Source: an uncultured cyanobacterium
GTDB taxonomy: Bacteria; Cyanobacteriota; Cyanobacteriia; PCC-9006; JAAUQQ01
Assembly: GCA_963718615.1 (NCBI GenBank)
Contig: OY970368.1
Span: forward strand, 544,001-608,000
Reading direction: 5' to 3'
DNA: 64,000 bases
Part shown: positions 19,549 through 29,780 of the stretch, in pieces
Numbering within the stretch: position 1 is the first letter of the stretch
Layout of the letters: each line of letters begins with the position of its first letter
Notes under the pieces: model-generated
What the model was told of the DNA's origin: nothing
The model's database searches: none
What the model saw: the letters and a program-made list of their open reading frames with translations, nothing else
Translations under genes and position numbers: made by a program

Positions 19549-21354
19549 CTATTGCTGATCGCTCAAATCCTGTTCAGATAGACCTAAGACGCTATTTCTA
19601 ATACCAAAAACATTGGTCGGATCGTTGGCATCTTTAAGCTTTTTGATCAAGCTTAAACTGGTCGGCGAGACCGTATCTTTTAGAAAATCCTTACGAAGCT
19701 TACCAACACCGTGGTGATGGGAAATAGAGCCCCCATTTTTTAGAATAGTTTGCCGCAGCGCATAGTGAATTTTATTCAGGATTTCTTCAGCATGGGGAAC
19801 ATCTTTGGCGTAGAAGCCATTCATAAAGTATATACAGACACCAGTATGATAGATTTGCGAAATTCGATAGGATAAAAACGGAGAACCCGGAAGATTGTGC
19901 TGTTGATGCTGCACTTGTAATTCTTCTCGGACCTGATGCACAACTTCATGAATCTTGCTCCAAGGAACTGTTGTTTCGAAGGTTTCACCTAGAATATGGA
20001 GCGAAGCTAGAAAGTCCCGAATATAGGCGATCGCAAACGTCAGATTGTATCCCCGTTTGCCATTAGTTGAACCACCGGAAACAGCTCCAAATTTTTTAGC
20101 CAGTTGATTAATACTTGTTTTTTGATACGCGACTTCTGGGGCAGTCCCCTCCATCACCAAGGTTGCTGCCACCATCTCACGCGGTTCAAACTTAAGAACA
20201 TCATGGAGATAGAAAAACTTTGCTTTATTCTTCCACTTTGCTTTAGGAGTTTCAGTTGATCTTAACGCTTGTCCAAACTGAAACTGTCCATTGTCAACCA
20301 GGCGAACACTGGCCGGTATAAAGTTAGTTTGTGACAGTTCTCGTAAAAACTCAACCCCTTTTGCTAAGGTGGGAAATACTAAGGAACCATAATGCTGAAC
20401 ATCGGGTAATCGATGGATTCGAATAATGGCTTTGGTGATGAGGCCCAAATTCCCTTCACTACCAAAGAGCAGTTGCTGCAATTGCATCCCCATCGACATA
20501 CGTGGACAAGCGATTTTTTGCTCAACCAGTCCCATAGGGGTAAGCAACGTAACACTCTCCACAACCTCTTCAATATTGCCATAGCGGTTTTTTTTCATGC
20601 CGCTAGCATTGGTCGAAATCCATCCCCCTAAGGTCGAGAGCTCTAGGCTATCGGGCTCATGACCACAGGTAAAACCTGCCTCTTTTAGGGTTTCTTCTAA
20701 CTGAGTTCCAGTAATCCCTGCTTGCACACAGGCTTGCATGTTTTTAGCATCAATCCATTCCACTTTATTCATTCTTTTGGTGTTGACGGCAACGATCATG
20801 CGCGTCTCCTCAGCGGGCAACATTAAAGCCCCACTGACACAGGTTCTGCCCCCAACGGGAACCAAACAGACATCAAACTGAAGCGCCAACTGAATCAATT
20901 GCTCGGCATCTGATTCTGATTCACAGAAAAAAACCATATCTACCCCACGGGGCAGTTGCTCAAAAAGCACTGGAAAAATTTCTTCCGCACCAGCTTGTCC
21001 GTGACTATGGCTCAGCCGCACAGAATCATCAAACGTGTAGGTATGCGGCGGAAAATGCTTTGCGATCGCCTCACAAAATCCTTCATTGCAGTGGGGAGGC
21101 GCGATGGGCTTCTCTTGCACCTCTGTCCGCAGGTCATTGAGATCCAAGGATACCCCTAGCCCCTTCTCTAGATAGGGCAAAAGATAGGGCATAGAATAGC
21201 CGCAAATCTGATAACGATCGCCAGTGAGGCTAACCTCACGCGTCTCAGGATTAACTACAAATTCCGTGTCTGAATATCCCCAACGATGCGACCAAAGCCC
21301 GCTGCCGTCCGACTGAGAGAGGTTTTCCATTTCCGAATTTTGAGTTTTGAACAT
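19549..21354 (-). CDS. Alkyldihydroxyacetonephosphate synthase (AGPS/ADHAPS)-like FAD oxidoreductase
   Basis: [112 protein letters not shown], all matching eukaryotic AGPS motifs. Confidence 0.9.
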   Translation of the reverse strand: [601 protein letters not shown]

Positions 21355-21544
21355 AGCTTATTTATTTAGGATGAATGCGTTATTGAAGATAAAAGCTTTC
21401 GAACTGTAGCATGAGGGCTTTTAAAATATTATGCTGGGCGCTTTGAGAATACAGAGTCTTTTTTAGCAGATCCTTAGATTCTTTTTCAACAGAGCTCCGT
21501 AAAATACAATAACCCTATAGTCGCAAAATTCAAGGACCGAGTGC

Positions 21545-22207
21545 TCAACGAACCATGATTTTCTGCGAGCCCGTAAAGGTTCGATAGTGAGGCTGATCGG
21601 CGATCGCAAGCAACTCAGAGTCACCTTTGCTATCGCCATAGGCATAAAGATAATATTGCTGCAAATCACCTAACAAAGCTGTTAAACGAATAACCTTTTC
21701 TTTTCCATAACAACTATCTCCGAGCAGTTTTCCCGTGATTTTATCCTGTTCAACCGCGAGCTGAGTCGCAATGACATCGTTAATGCCGAGCCTTATTGCC
21801 CAAGGTCGAAGATAAACCTCTAAGTTTGCACTGACCACCACCACACGATGCCCTTGAGCTTGATGCCAAGCCAATCGCTCCATCGCCTGGGAATTGAGTA
21901 ATTTGGGCAATGTCACCTCAGAAAACTGAGCCGCCGCTGCTTGTAGGTCTGGCAATGACCAGCCTCGAAAATATTGGGTAACGAGGGTTTCTTTGATAAA
22001 GTGGTTTGAGCAACGACCTAAAACATAGGAAATCACGGCACGGCGTTTCTTCAACAAACCTTGACGCATTTTTTGGGCTGTACAAGCCGACTTCACAAAC
22101 GGTAAAAACGAGTCTTTCCGGGTCAATGTGCCATCAAAATCAAAGACCGCGATGGTCGGTCGCTGAACGAGATTCGACATGGAAATAGAAGGCGAAGAAT
22201 CTAGCAT
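21545..22207 (-). CDS. HAD-IB family phosphatase
   Basis: FDFDGTLT motif I, VVSA motif II, K..R, YGDSKGD motif IV; start possibly 22180. Confidence 0.9.
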   Translation of the reverse strand: MLDSSPSISMSNLVQRPTIAVFDFDGTLTRKDSFLPFVKSACTAQKMRQGLLKKRRAVISYVLGRCSNHFIKETLVTQYFRGWSLPDLQAAAAQFSEVTLPKLLNSQAMERLAWHQAQGHRVVVVSANLEVYLRPWAIRLGINDVIATQLAVEQDKITGKLLGDSCYGKEKVIRLTALLGDLQQYYLYAYGDSKGDSELLAIADQPHYRTFTGSQKIMVR

Positions 22208-22244
22208 GAACGGCTAGGGTAAAGAATTTTGTAGATTGTATAGC

Positions 22245-23036
22245 TTACAGGGTTTGGGCAAGCGGTAATGGCTGAGATGAAGTATCAGCATTCGCCATCT
22301 CCTCAATTCTAGAACGAATTTCGTCCACAATCTCGCGGCAGAGTCTTCGATTGCTCTCGACCTCCAATCTCGCTTGATAGGGCGCAATATCAATCGGACG
22401 ACCAAACTGAATACGAATAGGATGTCGTTTGGGAAAATGCGCCCCTTTAGGAAAAGCCTGAAAACTTCCTTCAATATGAACCGGTATAATTGAGACATTG
22501 AGCTGCATTGCCAAAAAACCAGTCCCGAGCTTAAACGGCTGTAGTTTCCCTGTTTTTGAGCGTGTCCCCTCCGGAAATAGCAAGATCATTTTATTTTGAG
22601 CGACAAGATCCTGACAAGACTTAAGCGCATCTGTCGAATGGCCCTGTCGCTGAAAGGGGATCATGTTTAAAACATGTTGGCAAATTTTCCCTTTGATAGG
22701 ATGATCAAAGAAATAATCCTTGGCTGCCAAGCTATAGACCTGATTCATATAGCGATTTGCTGCGGCAATAGTTGCTGGCCCATCCAAATGACTAGAATGG
22801 TTGGCCGCCAAGAGAACAGGTTGATCCTTAGGAAGGTTATCTAAACCTTCGATTTTAAGCTGAAACCACATGCGCAGAATAAACTGGCACATGTACCAAA
22901 TCAAAGCCTGTAGGACAGGATTAAGAATTCTTTGAAATAAGACAATACTTAATTTTTGATGAAGATTAGGAGCTAACCCAAAATTTGCCGAAAGCGTAGT
23001 CTTCAGGGGAACCATCAATTTTAAGGGAAGCATCAA
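22245..23036 (-). CDS. PlsC-family lysophospholipid / glycerone-phosphate acyltransferase
   Basis: ANHSSHLD (HxxxxD) and FPEGTRS motifs, IIPVHI, IQFGRPI. Confidence 0.9.
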   Translation of the reverse strand: MMLPLKLMVPLKTTLSANFGLAPNLHQKLSIVLFQRILNPVLQALIWYMCQFILRMWFQLKIEGLDNLPKDQPVLLAANHSSHLDGPATIAAANRYMNQVYSLAAKDYFFDHPIKGKICQHVLNMIPFQRQGHSTDALKSCQDLVAQNKMILLFPEGTRSKTGKLQPFKLGTGFLAMQLNVSIIPVHIEGSFQAFPKGAHFPKRHPIRIQFGRPIDIAPYQARLEVESNRRLCREIVDEIRSRIEEMANADTSSQPLPLAQTL

Positions 23037-23279
23037 TTTATTTTTTATCCGTTCAAAAGTGATTCGATCTTGTCCAGATAGACCCTTTTCTCATCGATAA
23101 TCTAGCTTAGCCAAATTTCGAAACGGTTGCCTGCAAAGGCAAACATCAAAGCCTAACACAATATTCCTATGTGAGACTTTACTGGCAATCAGGCGCTAGT
23201 TTTCCTGCAAAACGTCGACTTGTTGAAATCCTCACAGAATCGTCTTTCAATTGAAGCGAGAGTAAAGTTTTGCTCAGTA

Positions 23280-24263
23280 TCAAGTCAAATTTTTTCTCAC
23301 CCAGTCGCCGGTTGTAGCCATTCCTTCTTCTAGATTAATTTGAGGCTGATACCCTAGCCGATGACGTGCTTTTTCGATCGAATAGGGATAACGTCGTGTA
23401 GAAATATCAATTGTGTCCGCAGTGGCTCCTATTTTGTTATTAGGAAAAAGTTTTAAGATTATTTTTGCCAGTATTGCAGGAGCTGAAGGGTATTTTGGTA
23501 AATTTTCGATTTTTGCGAGTCTTTGATAATAGTCTTTCCAAGTCGTTTCACAGCCATCGGTGATATTGAAGGCTTCACCATAGGCTTCCTGCTCAAGGGC
23601 AAGAAAGATAGCGTCCACTAAATTGTCCACATAGACGTGGTTCATGACGCCTCGACCATTATTGAGCAGGAAGAACTTACGCGATCGCATCATCTCCAAA
23701 GGACGAATCACCCAGGGCACAGAGCGAGGACCATAGACATCTCCCGCTCGGATGACAATGACCCCAAAGTCCGGTGGGTTGTTGAGGGCTAGAACTTGCT
23801 GATCAGATTCTAGTTTTGTGAGGCAGTAAGGATTTTTACCCTGATAAAACGGTCCAGACTCCGTTACATACTTGGGATATCGAACCCCATAAACCACCAC
23901 GCTAGAAAGCTGAACAAAGGCTTTAACCTTGGCCTGTTTTGCAGCATGGGCCATCGTTAAAGTGCCTTCTACATTCACTTTGCGGAACTCCGCTAGGTCC
24001 CCTTCTTCTTTTACGATCGCAGCCGTATGAATAACCAGATCTATATCCTTACAAGCCCTGTGGGCAATTTCTGGATCAGTCACGCTACCTGCGATCATTT
24101 CGATGCCAAGCCGTCCTGCCAAATCGCTGGTATCTGGCGATCGCTGTAGTCCTCTAACCTTGATGCCTCTGGCTACAGCCAACTCCGCAATTCGCTGTCC
24201 AATACAACCACCAATACCCGTAATCAACAGAGTTTTATGACTTAGGTCCATAAATAACCACAA
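23280..24263 (-). CDS. Extended SDR, NAD-dependent epimerase/dehydratase (3-beta-HSD-like) family
   Basis: ITGIGGCIG, HTAA, LSSV, YCLTK (YxxxK), VYGP, YVDNLV. Confidence 0.85.
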   Translation of the reverse strand: MWLFMDLSHKTLLITGIGGCIGQRIAELAVARGIKVRGLQRSPDTSDLAGRLGIEMIAGSVTDPEIAHRACKDIDLVIHTAAIVKEEGDLAEFRKVNVEGTLTMAHAAKQAKVKAFVQLSSVVVYGVRYPKYVTESGPFYQGKNPYCLTKLESDQQVLALNNPPDFGVIVIRAGDVYGPRSVPWVIRPLEMMRSRKFFLLNNGRGVMNHVYVDNLVDAIFLALEQEAYGEAFNITDGCETTWKDYYQRLAKIENLPKYPSAPAILAKIILKLFPNNKIGATADTIDISTRRYPYSIEKARHRLGYQPQINLEEGMATTGDWVRKNLT

Positions 24264-24458
24264 TTAATGATTAAGACTCAAAGCACGTCCCAACACGTAC
24301 CAATATGACAAGAAATATAGCCCTGTATTACACATGCAGAGTGTAACATAGAGAACCAGGGAGAACCAAGGAGTTCCATTTGCTGACTCCTTGGTCGTTC
24401 CATCTCAGCAAACGGTTCGATCGTCCACCCAAGATCAAATGACAATCAGGAATGACAA

Positions 24459-24986
24459 TCAGGTTCGTTCCTTGATTGCCTGAATGACTTGAGCCGTGCA
24501 ATCTTCTAGACTGGTTTCCTGGGTCTTGCACTCCACCTCAGGATTGAGAGGGGGCTCATAGGGATCATCAATGCCAGTGAACTGCTTAATCTCTCCAGCC
24601 CGCGCTTTTTTGTATAAACCCTTGACATCCCGTGCTTCGCAGACTTCCAAGGGAGTACTGACATAGACCTCAATAAAGGCATCAATCTGAGCCCGGATCT
24701 CTTCTCGAATCGCACGGTAGGGCGAAATCACCGGCACCAGCACAATGACGCCGTTTCGAGCTAGGAGTTTGGTGACAAATCCAATCCGGCGGATATTCGT
24801 GTCCCGGTCTTCTTTACTAAACCCAAGGTCTTTCGTCAGTCCTTCGCGGACGATGTCACCATCAAGGACCTCTACTCGATATCCTTGCGATCGCAGTTGT
24901 TGCTCGACTTCAGCGCAAATCGTTGATTTTCCAGAACCGCTTAAACCTGTAAACCAAACTGCAAGACCTTTATGAAAATTGCTCAT
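24459..24986 (-). CDS. cysC: Adenylyl-sulfate kinase (PAPS supply)
   Basis: WFTGLSGSGKST P-loop, LDGDIVR, DLGFSKEDRDTNIRRIG, ISPYR, RDVKGLY, FTGIDDPYEPP. Confidence 0.96.
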   Translation of the reverse strand: MSNFHKGLAVWFTGLSGSGKSTICAEVEQQLRSQGYRVEVLDGDIVREGLTKDLGFSKEDRDTNIRRIGFVTKLLARNGVIVLVPVISPYRAIREEIRAQIDAFIEVYVSTPLEVCEARDVKGLYKKARAGEIKQFTGIDDPYEPPLNPEVECKTQETSLEDCTAQVIQAIKERT

Positions 24987-25382
24987 GCCCTACCTAGAAA
25001 ATCTACGGGGTTAAATTGTGTTCTGTAATTTTATCTGAAAACGTCAGACGTCTAACTTCGCCTTGAATTCAGGGTTATCAGATTGAAGATTCGGTAAACC
25101 CAGGTAAAACTACGGGCTTCGGATGTATCTCCATGATATTTTGATGCAAGGCAAGACCCAAATGCCAATTGATATTACGTCCTAATTATGAAGCTTTTGT
25201 AAGGCTTTTCTGCCCTCAATGATGAAATTCTGACTGATTTTCTAATGGGATTGCCTAAAGTGGGACTCTCATAGGAGATCATATGCAGGGACAGATACGT
25301 TGATTATTAATTACGATGCAGCACAATTGCATTTAGATATATCTTATACATCAGCCTGATGCAGGCTTAGGGAAGCAGTCTA

Positions 25383-26234
25383 ATGAAAGTAGCTATTCTT
25401 GCAGGTGGTCTGGGAACGCGGCTAGAGGAAGAAACCACAGAAAAACCAAAGCCAATGGTTGAGATCGGTGGAAAACCGATCCTGTGGCACATTATGAAGC
25501 ACTATTCCCATCATGGGTTTGATGACTTTGCGATCGCCCTAGGCTACAAAGCAGAAGTCATCAAAAAATACATGGTGGACTATTGTTCCCTCAATAGTAA
25601 TCTTACGGTCAACCTCCGCAACGGCACCGTCCAGCGCCACGATGGCAACAGCCCCAACTGGAATATTGACTTGATCGATACGGGACTCCATACCAATACC
25701 GGGGGACGCATCAAGCGCTTGGCTCCTTACCTCGGTAATGAAACCTTCATGTTGACCTGGGGGGATGGGGTTTCCGATCTGGACATCAATCAGTTGCTGG
25801 CATTCCATCGTTCCCATGGTAAACTCGCGACCCTCACAGCGGTTCATCCCCCTGCTCGGTTTGGCCATTTGGATCTTAATGGGGCTCAGGTGACGGAATT
25901 TTCTGAAAAGCCCCAAACCCGTGAAGGATGGATTAATGGTGCCTTTTTTGTCCTAGAGCCTGGTATTTTTGACTATATTGACAGTGACGCAACCCAATGG
26001 GAAAAAGAACCGCTGGAGCGTCTAGCCCAAGATGGACAACTCATGGCCTATCAGTACCGAGGCTTCTGGCAATGTATGGATACCTTGCGGGATAAGCGCC
26101 GCCTAGAAAGTCTGTGGGCATCGGGAAACGCACCTTGGAAAACGTGGGAGGAAAAGGATGAGAGTCTTACTAACCGGGCATCTGGGATACATTGGAACCG
26201 TAATGGTTCCCCTGTTGCTCGCCAAGGGGCATGA
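25383..26234 (+). CDS. rfbF: Glucose-1-phosphate cytidylyltransferase
   Basis: ILAGGLGTRL.EET..KPKPMVEIGGKPILWHIMK, TGGRIKR, TWGDG, WINGAFF, GFWQCMDTLRDK, APWKTW. Confidence 0.93.
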   Translation: MKVAILAGGLGTRLEEETTEKPKPMVEIGGKPILWHIMKHYSHHGFDDFAIALGYKAEVIKKYMVDYCSLNSNLTVNLRNGTVQRHDGNSPNWNIDLIDTGLHTNTGGRIKRLAPYLGNETFMLTWGDGVSDLDINQLLAFHRSHGKLATLTAVHPPARFGHLDLNGAQVTEFSEKPQTREGWINGAFFVLEPGIFDYIDSDATQWEKEPLERLAQDGQLMAYQYRGFWQCMDTLRDKRRLESLWASGNAPWKTWEEKDESLTNRASGIHWNRNGSPVARQGA

Positions 26235-27180
26235 GGTTGTTGGCCTCGACAGCGATCTCTTTCGCGGCAGTACCTTTGGGGGGGGGATTTGCCCCATTCC
26301 AGAACTGCGGAAAGATATTCGGGACGCTGTCGCAGCGGATCTAGAGGGCTTCGACGCAGTGCTTCACTTGGCCGGGTTATCCAACGATCCCCTCGGTCAT
26401 TTTAATCCTCAGCTCACGGATGAAATTAACCATCTCGCGACGGTACGGCTAGCGGAATTGGCCAAAGCCGCAGGGGTATCTCGGTTTGTGTTTTCTTCCT
26501 CTTGCAGCAACTATGGCGCGGGCGGGCAGGACTGGCTGACGGAGGACTCCCCCCTCAATCCGATGACCCCCTACGGTCGGTCCAAGGTTGACTCAGAGCA
26601 TTCGCTCAACCAGATGGCGGACGATCGCTTTAGTCCCACCCATCTGCGCAATGCCACGGCCTTTGGAGCCTCTCCCCGAATTCGCTTTGACCTGGTGCTG
26701 AATAATCTGATGGCTTGGGCTTTCACCACAGGTCGGGTCTATATCAAAAGCGACGGCACACCTTGGCGACCGATTGTGCATATCGAAGACATTGGTCGAG
26801 CCTTTATTGCGGTCATGGAAGCCCCTCGGGACAAGGTCCATGGTGAAGCCTTTAATGTGGGCCGTAATCAGGATAATTATCGCGTGCGCGAGATTGCCAA
26901 CATTGTCCAAGCCACGGTACCGGGCTGCGAAATTGAGTATGCGCCCGATGGCGGACCGGGGCCGAGCTGCTACCGCGTGGATTGCAGCAAGATCCAACGG
27001 GTGTTGCCGGAGTTTCAGCCCCAGTGGGATGCTTGCAAAGGGGCAAAACAACTTTATGAAACCTTCCAGAAAGTGGGGTTAACCCTCGAAGAATTTGAGG
27101 GACCAAAATACAGCCGAATCGCTCATGTGCGATCGCTCCTGCAATCCGGCAGTCTAGGAGATCAGCTCCGCTGGCGCTAG
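26158..27180 (+). CDS. NDP-sugar epimerase/dehydratase (extended SDR)
   Basis: TGHLGYIG, HLAGLSNDP, SSSCSNYG, YGRSK, LRNATAFG, WRPIVHIED; RBS GGAGGAAAAGG upstream of the ATG. Confidence 0.88.
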   Translation: MRVLLTGHLGYIGTVMVPLLLAKGHEVVGLDSDLFRGSTFGGGICPIPELRKDIRDAVAADLEGFDAVLHLAGLSNDPLGHFNPQLTDEINHLATVRLAELAKAAGVSRFVFSSSCSNYGAGGQDWLTEDSPLNPMTPYGRSKVDSEHSLNQMADDRFSPTHLRNATAFGASPRIRFDLVLNNLMAWAFTTGRVYIKSDGTPWRPIVHIEDIGRAFIAVMEAPRDKVHGEAFNVGRNQDNYRVREIANIVQATVPGCEIEYAPDGGPGPSCYRVDCSKIQRVLPEFQPQWDACKGAKQLYETFQKVGLTLEEFEGPKYSRIAHVRSLLQSGSLGDQLRWR

Positions 27181-27237
27181 CGCCATTCATCTATATAAAC
27201 CTCATAAACCTTCTATAACTATCCCTCTCACCCTTCT

Positions 27238-28467
27238 ATGGATAATCCCAACGTCGCCTGTCACGCCTGCAAAAATCCCCAGCTTGATTTGATTCTTTCC
27301 TTTGGAAAGACCCCCCTAGCGGACGCGCTGCTATCCGCTACCCAGTTGCAGGAGCCAGAAATTTTTGCGCCGCTGGACTTAGCCTTTTGCCCCCAATGCG
27401 GATTGGTTCAAATTACCGAAGTTATCGATCCAGAAATTCTCTTTTGCCGAGACTATCCTTACTATTCGTCCGTTTCCAAATCCTTGATGGAGCACTTTGA
27501 AGCGAGTGCTAAGGCCCTCATCTTGGCTAGAAATTTGACGCAAGCGAGCCTCGTGGTTGAAGCCGCCAGCAATGATGGTTACTTACTCAAACACTTTGCC
27601 CAATCGGGAATTCCGGTTCTGGGCATCGACCCCGCTGAGGGGCCGGTTCAAGTGGCTCAGGCCGCTGGGATTCCGACGCTCCGCACTTTTTTTGGTGAAG
27701 AACTTGCCCAGCAGTTGCGCCAAGCGGGCAAGCGGGTGGATGTCTTTTTGGCCAATAATGTTTTGGCCCATGTACCTGATCTCAATGGCTTTGTCGCAGG
27801 GATTTCTCTACTCCTCAAAGACAGCGGCGTCGCGGTGATTGAAGCACCCTATGTCGTCGATTTGGTGGAGCAAGGCGAATTCGATACGATTTACCATCAG
27901 CACCTTTGCTATTTCTCTGTCACCGCCCTGGATCGGCTCTTCCGTCGCCATGGGCTCTTTCTCAACCGGATCGAACGCACTTCTATCCATGGGGGCTCGC
28001 TGCGGCTTTTTGTGGAACCCCGAGAGGCGGTGGAAGCATCGGTAACGGCGCTCTTGCAAATGGAACAGGCGCAGGGGGTCGATCGACTCGATTATTATCA
28101 TGATTTTGCAGCGCGGGTGGCGATGATTAAGCGATCGCTCCTCACCCTCCTTCAAGATCTCAAACATCAGGGTAAACGCATTGCGGCCTACGGCGCAGCG
28201 GCAAAGGCGACCACCCTCTTGGCCTACATCGGTCTGGATCAGCAGTATCTAGACTACGTGGTTGATCTCAATCCCTATAAACACGGACGCTATATGGGCG
28301 GCAACCATTTACCAATTTTCCCACCTAGCAAACTCCTGGAAGATCAGCCGGATTACGTATTGATTTTGGCCTGGAACTTTGCAGAGGAAATTATGCGACA
28401 GCAATCTACCTATCGTGACCAAGGGGGACGCTTTATCGTGCCAATTCCTGAGCCCCAGATTATCTAA
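27238..28467 (+). CDS. NDP-hexose C-methyltransferase (TcaB9/NovU/TylC3-like), paralog 1
   Basis: N-terminal Zn motifs CHAC and CPQC, EAASNDG SAM motif, [34 protein letters not shown]. Confidence 0.88.
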   Translation: MDNPNVACHACKNPQLDLILSFGKTPLADALLSATQLQEPEIFAPLDLAFCPQCGLVQITEVIDPEILFCRDYPYYSSVSKSLMEHFEASAKALILARNLTQASLVVEAASNDGYLLKHFAQSGIPVLGIDPAEGPVQVAQAAGIPTLRTFFGEELAQQLRQAGKRVDVFLANNVLAHVPDLNGFVAGISLLLKDSGVAVIEAPYVVDLVEQGEFDTIYHQHLCYFSVTALDRLFRRHGLFLNRIERTSIHGGSLRLFVEPREAVEASVTALLQMEQAQGVDRLDYYHDFAARVAMIKRSLLTLLQDLKHQGKRIAAYGAAAKATTLLAYIGLDQQYLDYVVDLNPYKHGRYMGGNHLPIFPPSKLLEDQPDYVLILAWNFAEEIMRQQSTYRDQGGRFIVPIPEPQII

Positions 28468-28553
28468 CTTATCTAACTCTAACCCTCACCGATCTGGCTC
28501 AGCGCCACTGCGAACCGATTCAGCCTCTCCACTCAATTCTAGGAGCTCTGCCC

Positions 28554-29780
28554 ATGACTGTTGCGTCTGCCTCTGCGCCCCATCTCAGCACTTCGGACAA
28601 TGATCGCCCCATCTCCTGCCCCAACTGCGGCCATGATGACCTCACGCCGTTCTACGAAGTCCTAGATGTGCCGGTCCATAGCTGTTTGATGATGCCAAGC
28701 CCCGCCGCAGCTCTAGACTTTCCACGGGGTGATGTCAAGCTAGCCGTTTGCAACCACTGCGGTTTTATTACCAATACGGCATTTGATGCCAAGTGGTCTG
28801 CCTATGCTCCCAATTATGAGGACCAACAGAGCTATTCACCGACCTTTAATCAATTTGCCCAGGACCTCGCCCAGCGGTTAATCGACAAGTACGATTTGCA
28901 CAATAAAGACATCGTTGAAATTGGCTGTAGCAAAGGCGACTTTCTTTTGTTGCTCTGCGAATTGGGCAATAACCGTGGTGTTGGCATTGACCCATCGGTT
29001 GTCCCTAGACGGGTGCAAAGTGAGGCCGCCGATCGCGTCACCTTTATCCAAGACTACTACTCCGAAAAGCATGCCGAATATGTCGGCGATTTTATCTGTT
29101 GTCGCCACACCCTAGAACATATTCAGCCCACACAAGAATTCCTCAAAACCGTACGGCAGTCCATTGGCGATCGCCTGCATATCAACGTATTTTTTGAAAT
29201 TCCTGAAACCCTGCGTGTGCTTCGAGACCAAGCCTTCGAAGACATCTACTATGAGCACTGCTCGTACTTCACGCCGGGTTCCTTGGCCCGACTGTTTCGA
29301 GCCTGTGGGTTTGAAATCACGGACCTCTACCTAGGCTATGGGGACCAGTACTTGCTGATTGAAGCCCAACCCATGGCCACGCCTTCCACAACCCTTCATG
29401 CCCTTGAGGAAAGCCCTGAAGCTACAGTCCAGGAAGTTCAAAACTTCGTACATAAAATCACAGAGAAGTTGAACTATTGGAAAGATCACTTAGCAACTAT
29501 GCAGCGCCAGGGAAAACGCGTTGTGGTTTGGGGCTCAGGCTCAAAATGCGTTGCGTTCCTGACAACGCTCAATACCCTGGACCAAGTGCAACATGTGATC
29601 GACATCAATCCCCACCGTCACGGCCAATTTATTCCAGGGATTGGCAAGGAGATCAAGCCCCCAACGTTTTTGAAAACCTATCAACCCGATGAGATTATTG
29701 TCATGAATGGGATCTACTGCGCTGAAATCCAGCAAATGCTAGACGAAATGGGCGTTCAAGCTCAGCTTACCCCTTTATAA
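28554..29780 (+). CDS. NDP-hexose C-methyltransferase, paralog 2
   Basis: CPNC and CNHC Zn motifs, EIGCSKG SAM motif, RHTLEHI, IYYEHCSYF, WGSGSK, DINPHRHG. Confidence 0.85.
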   Translation: MTVASASAPHLSTSDNDRPISCPNCGHDDLTPFYEVLDVPVHSCLMMPSPAAALDFPRGDVKLAVCNHCGFITNTAFDAKWSAYAPNYEDQQSYSPTFNQFAQDLAQRLIDKYDLHNKDIVEIGCSKGDFLLLLCELGNNRGVGIDPSVVPRRVQSEAADRVTFIQDYYSEKHAEYVGDFICCRHTLEHIQPTQEFLKTVRQSIGDRLHINVFFEIPETLRVLRDQAFEDIYYEHCSYFTPGSLARLFRACGFEITDLYLGYGDQYLLIEAQPMATPSTTLHALEESPEATVQEVQNFVHKITEKLNYWKDHLATMQRQGKRVVVWGSGSKCVAFLTTLNTLDQVQHVIDINPHRHGQFIPGIGKEIKPPTFLKTYQPDEIIVMNGIYCAEIQQMLDEMGVQAQLTPL

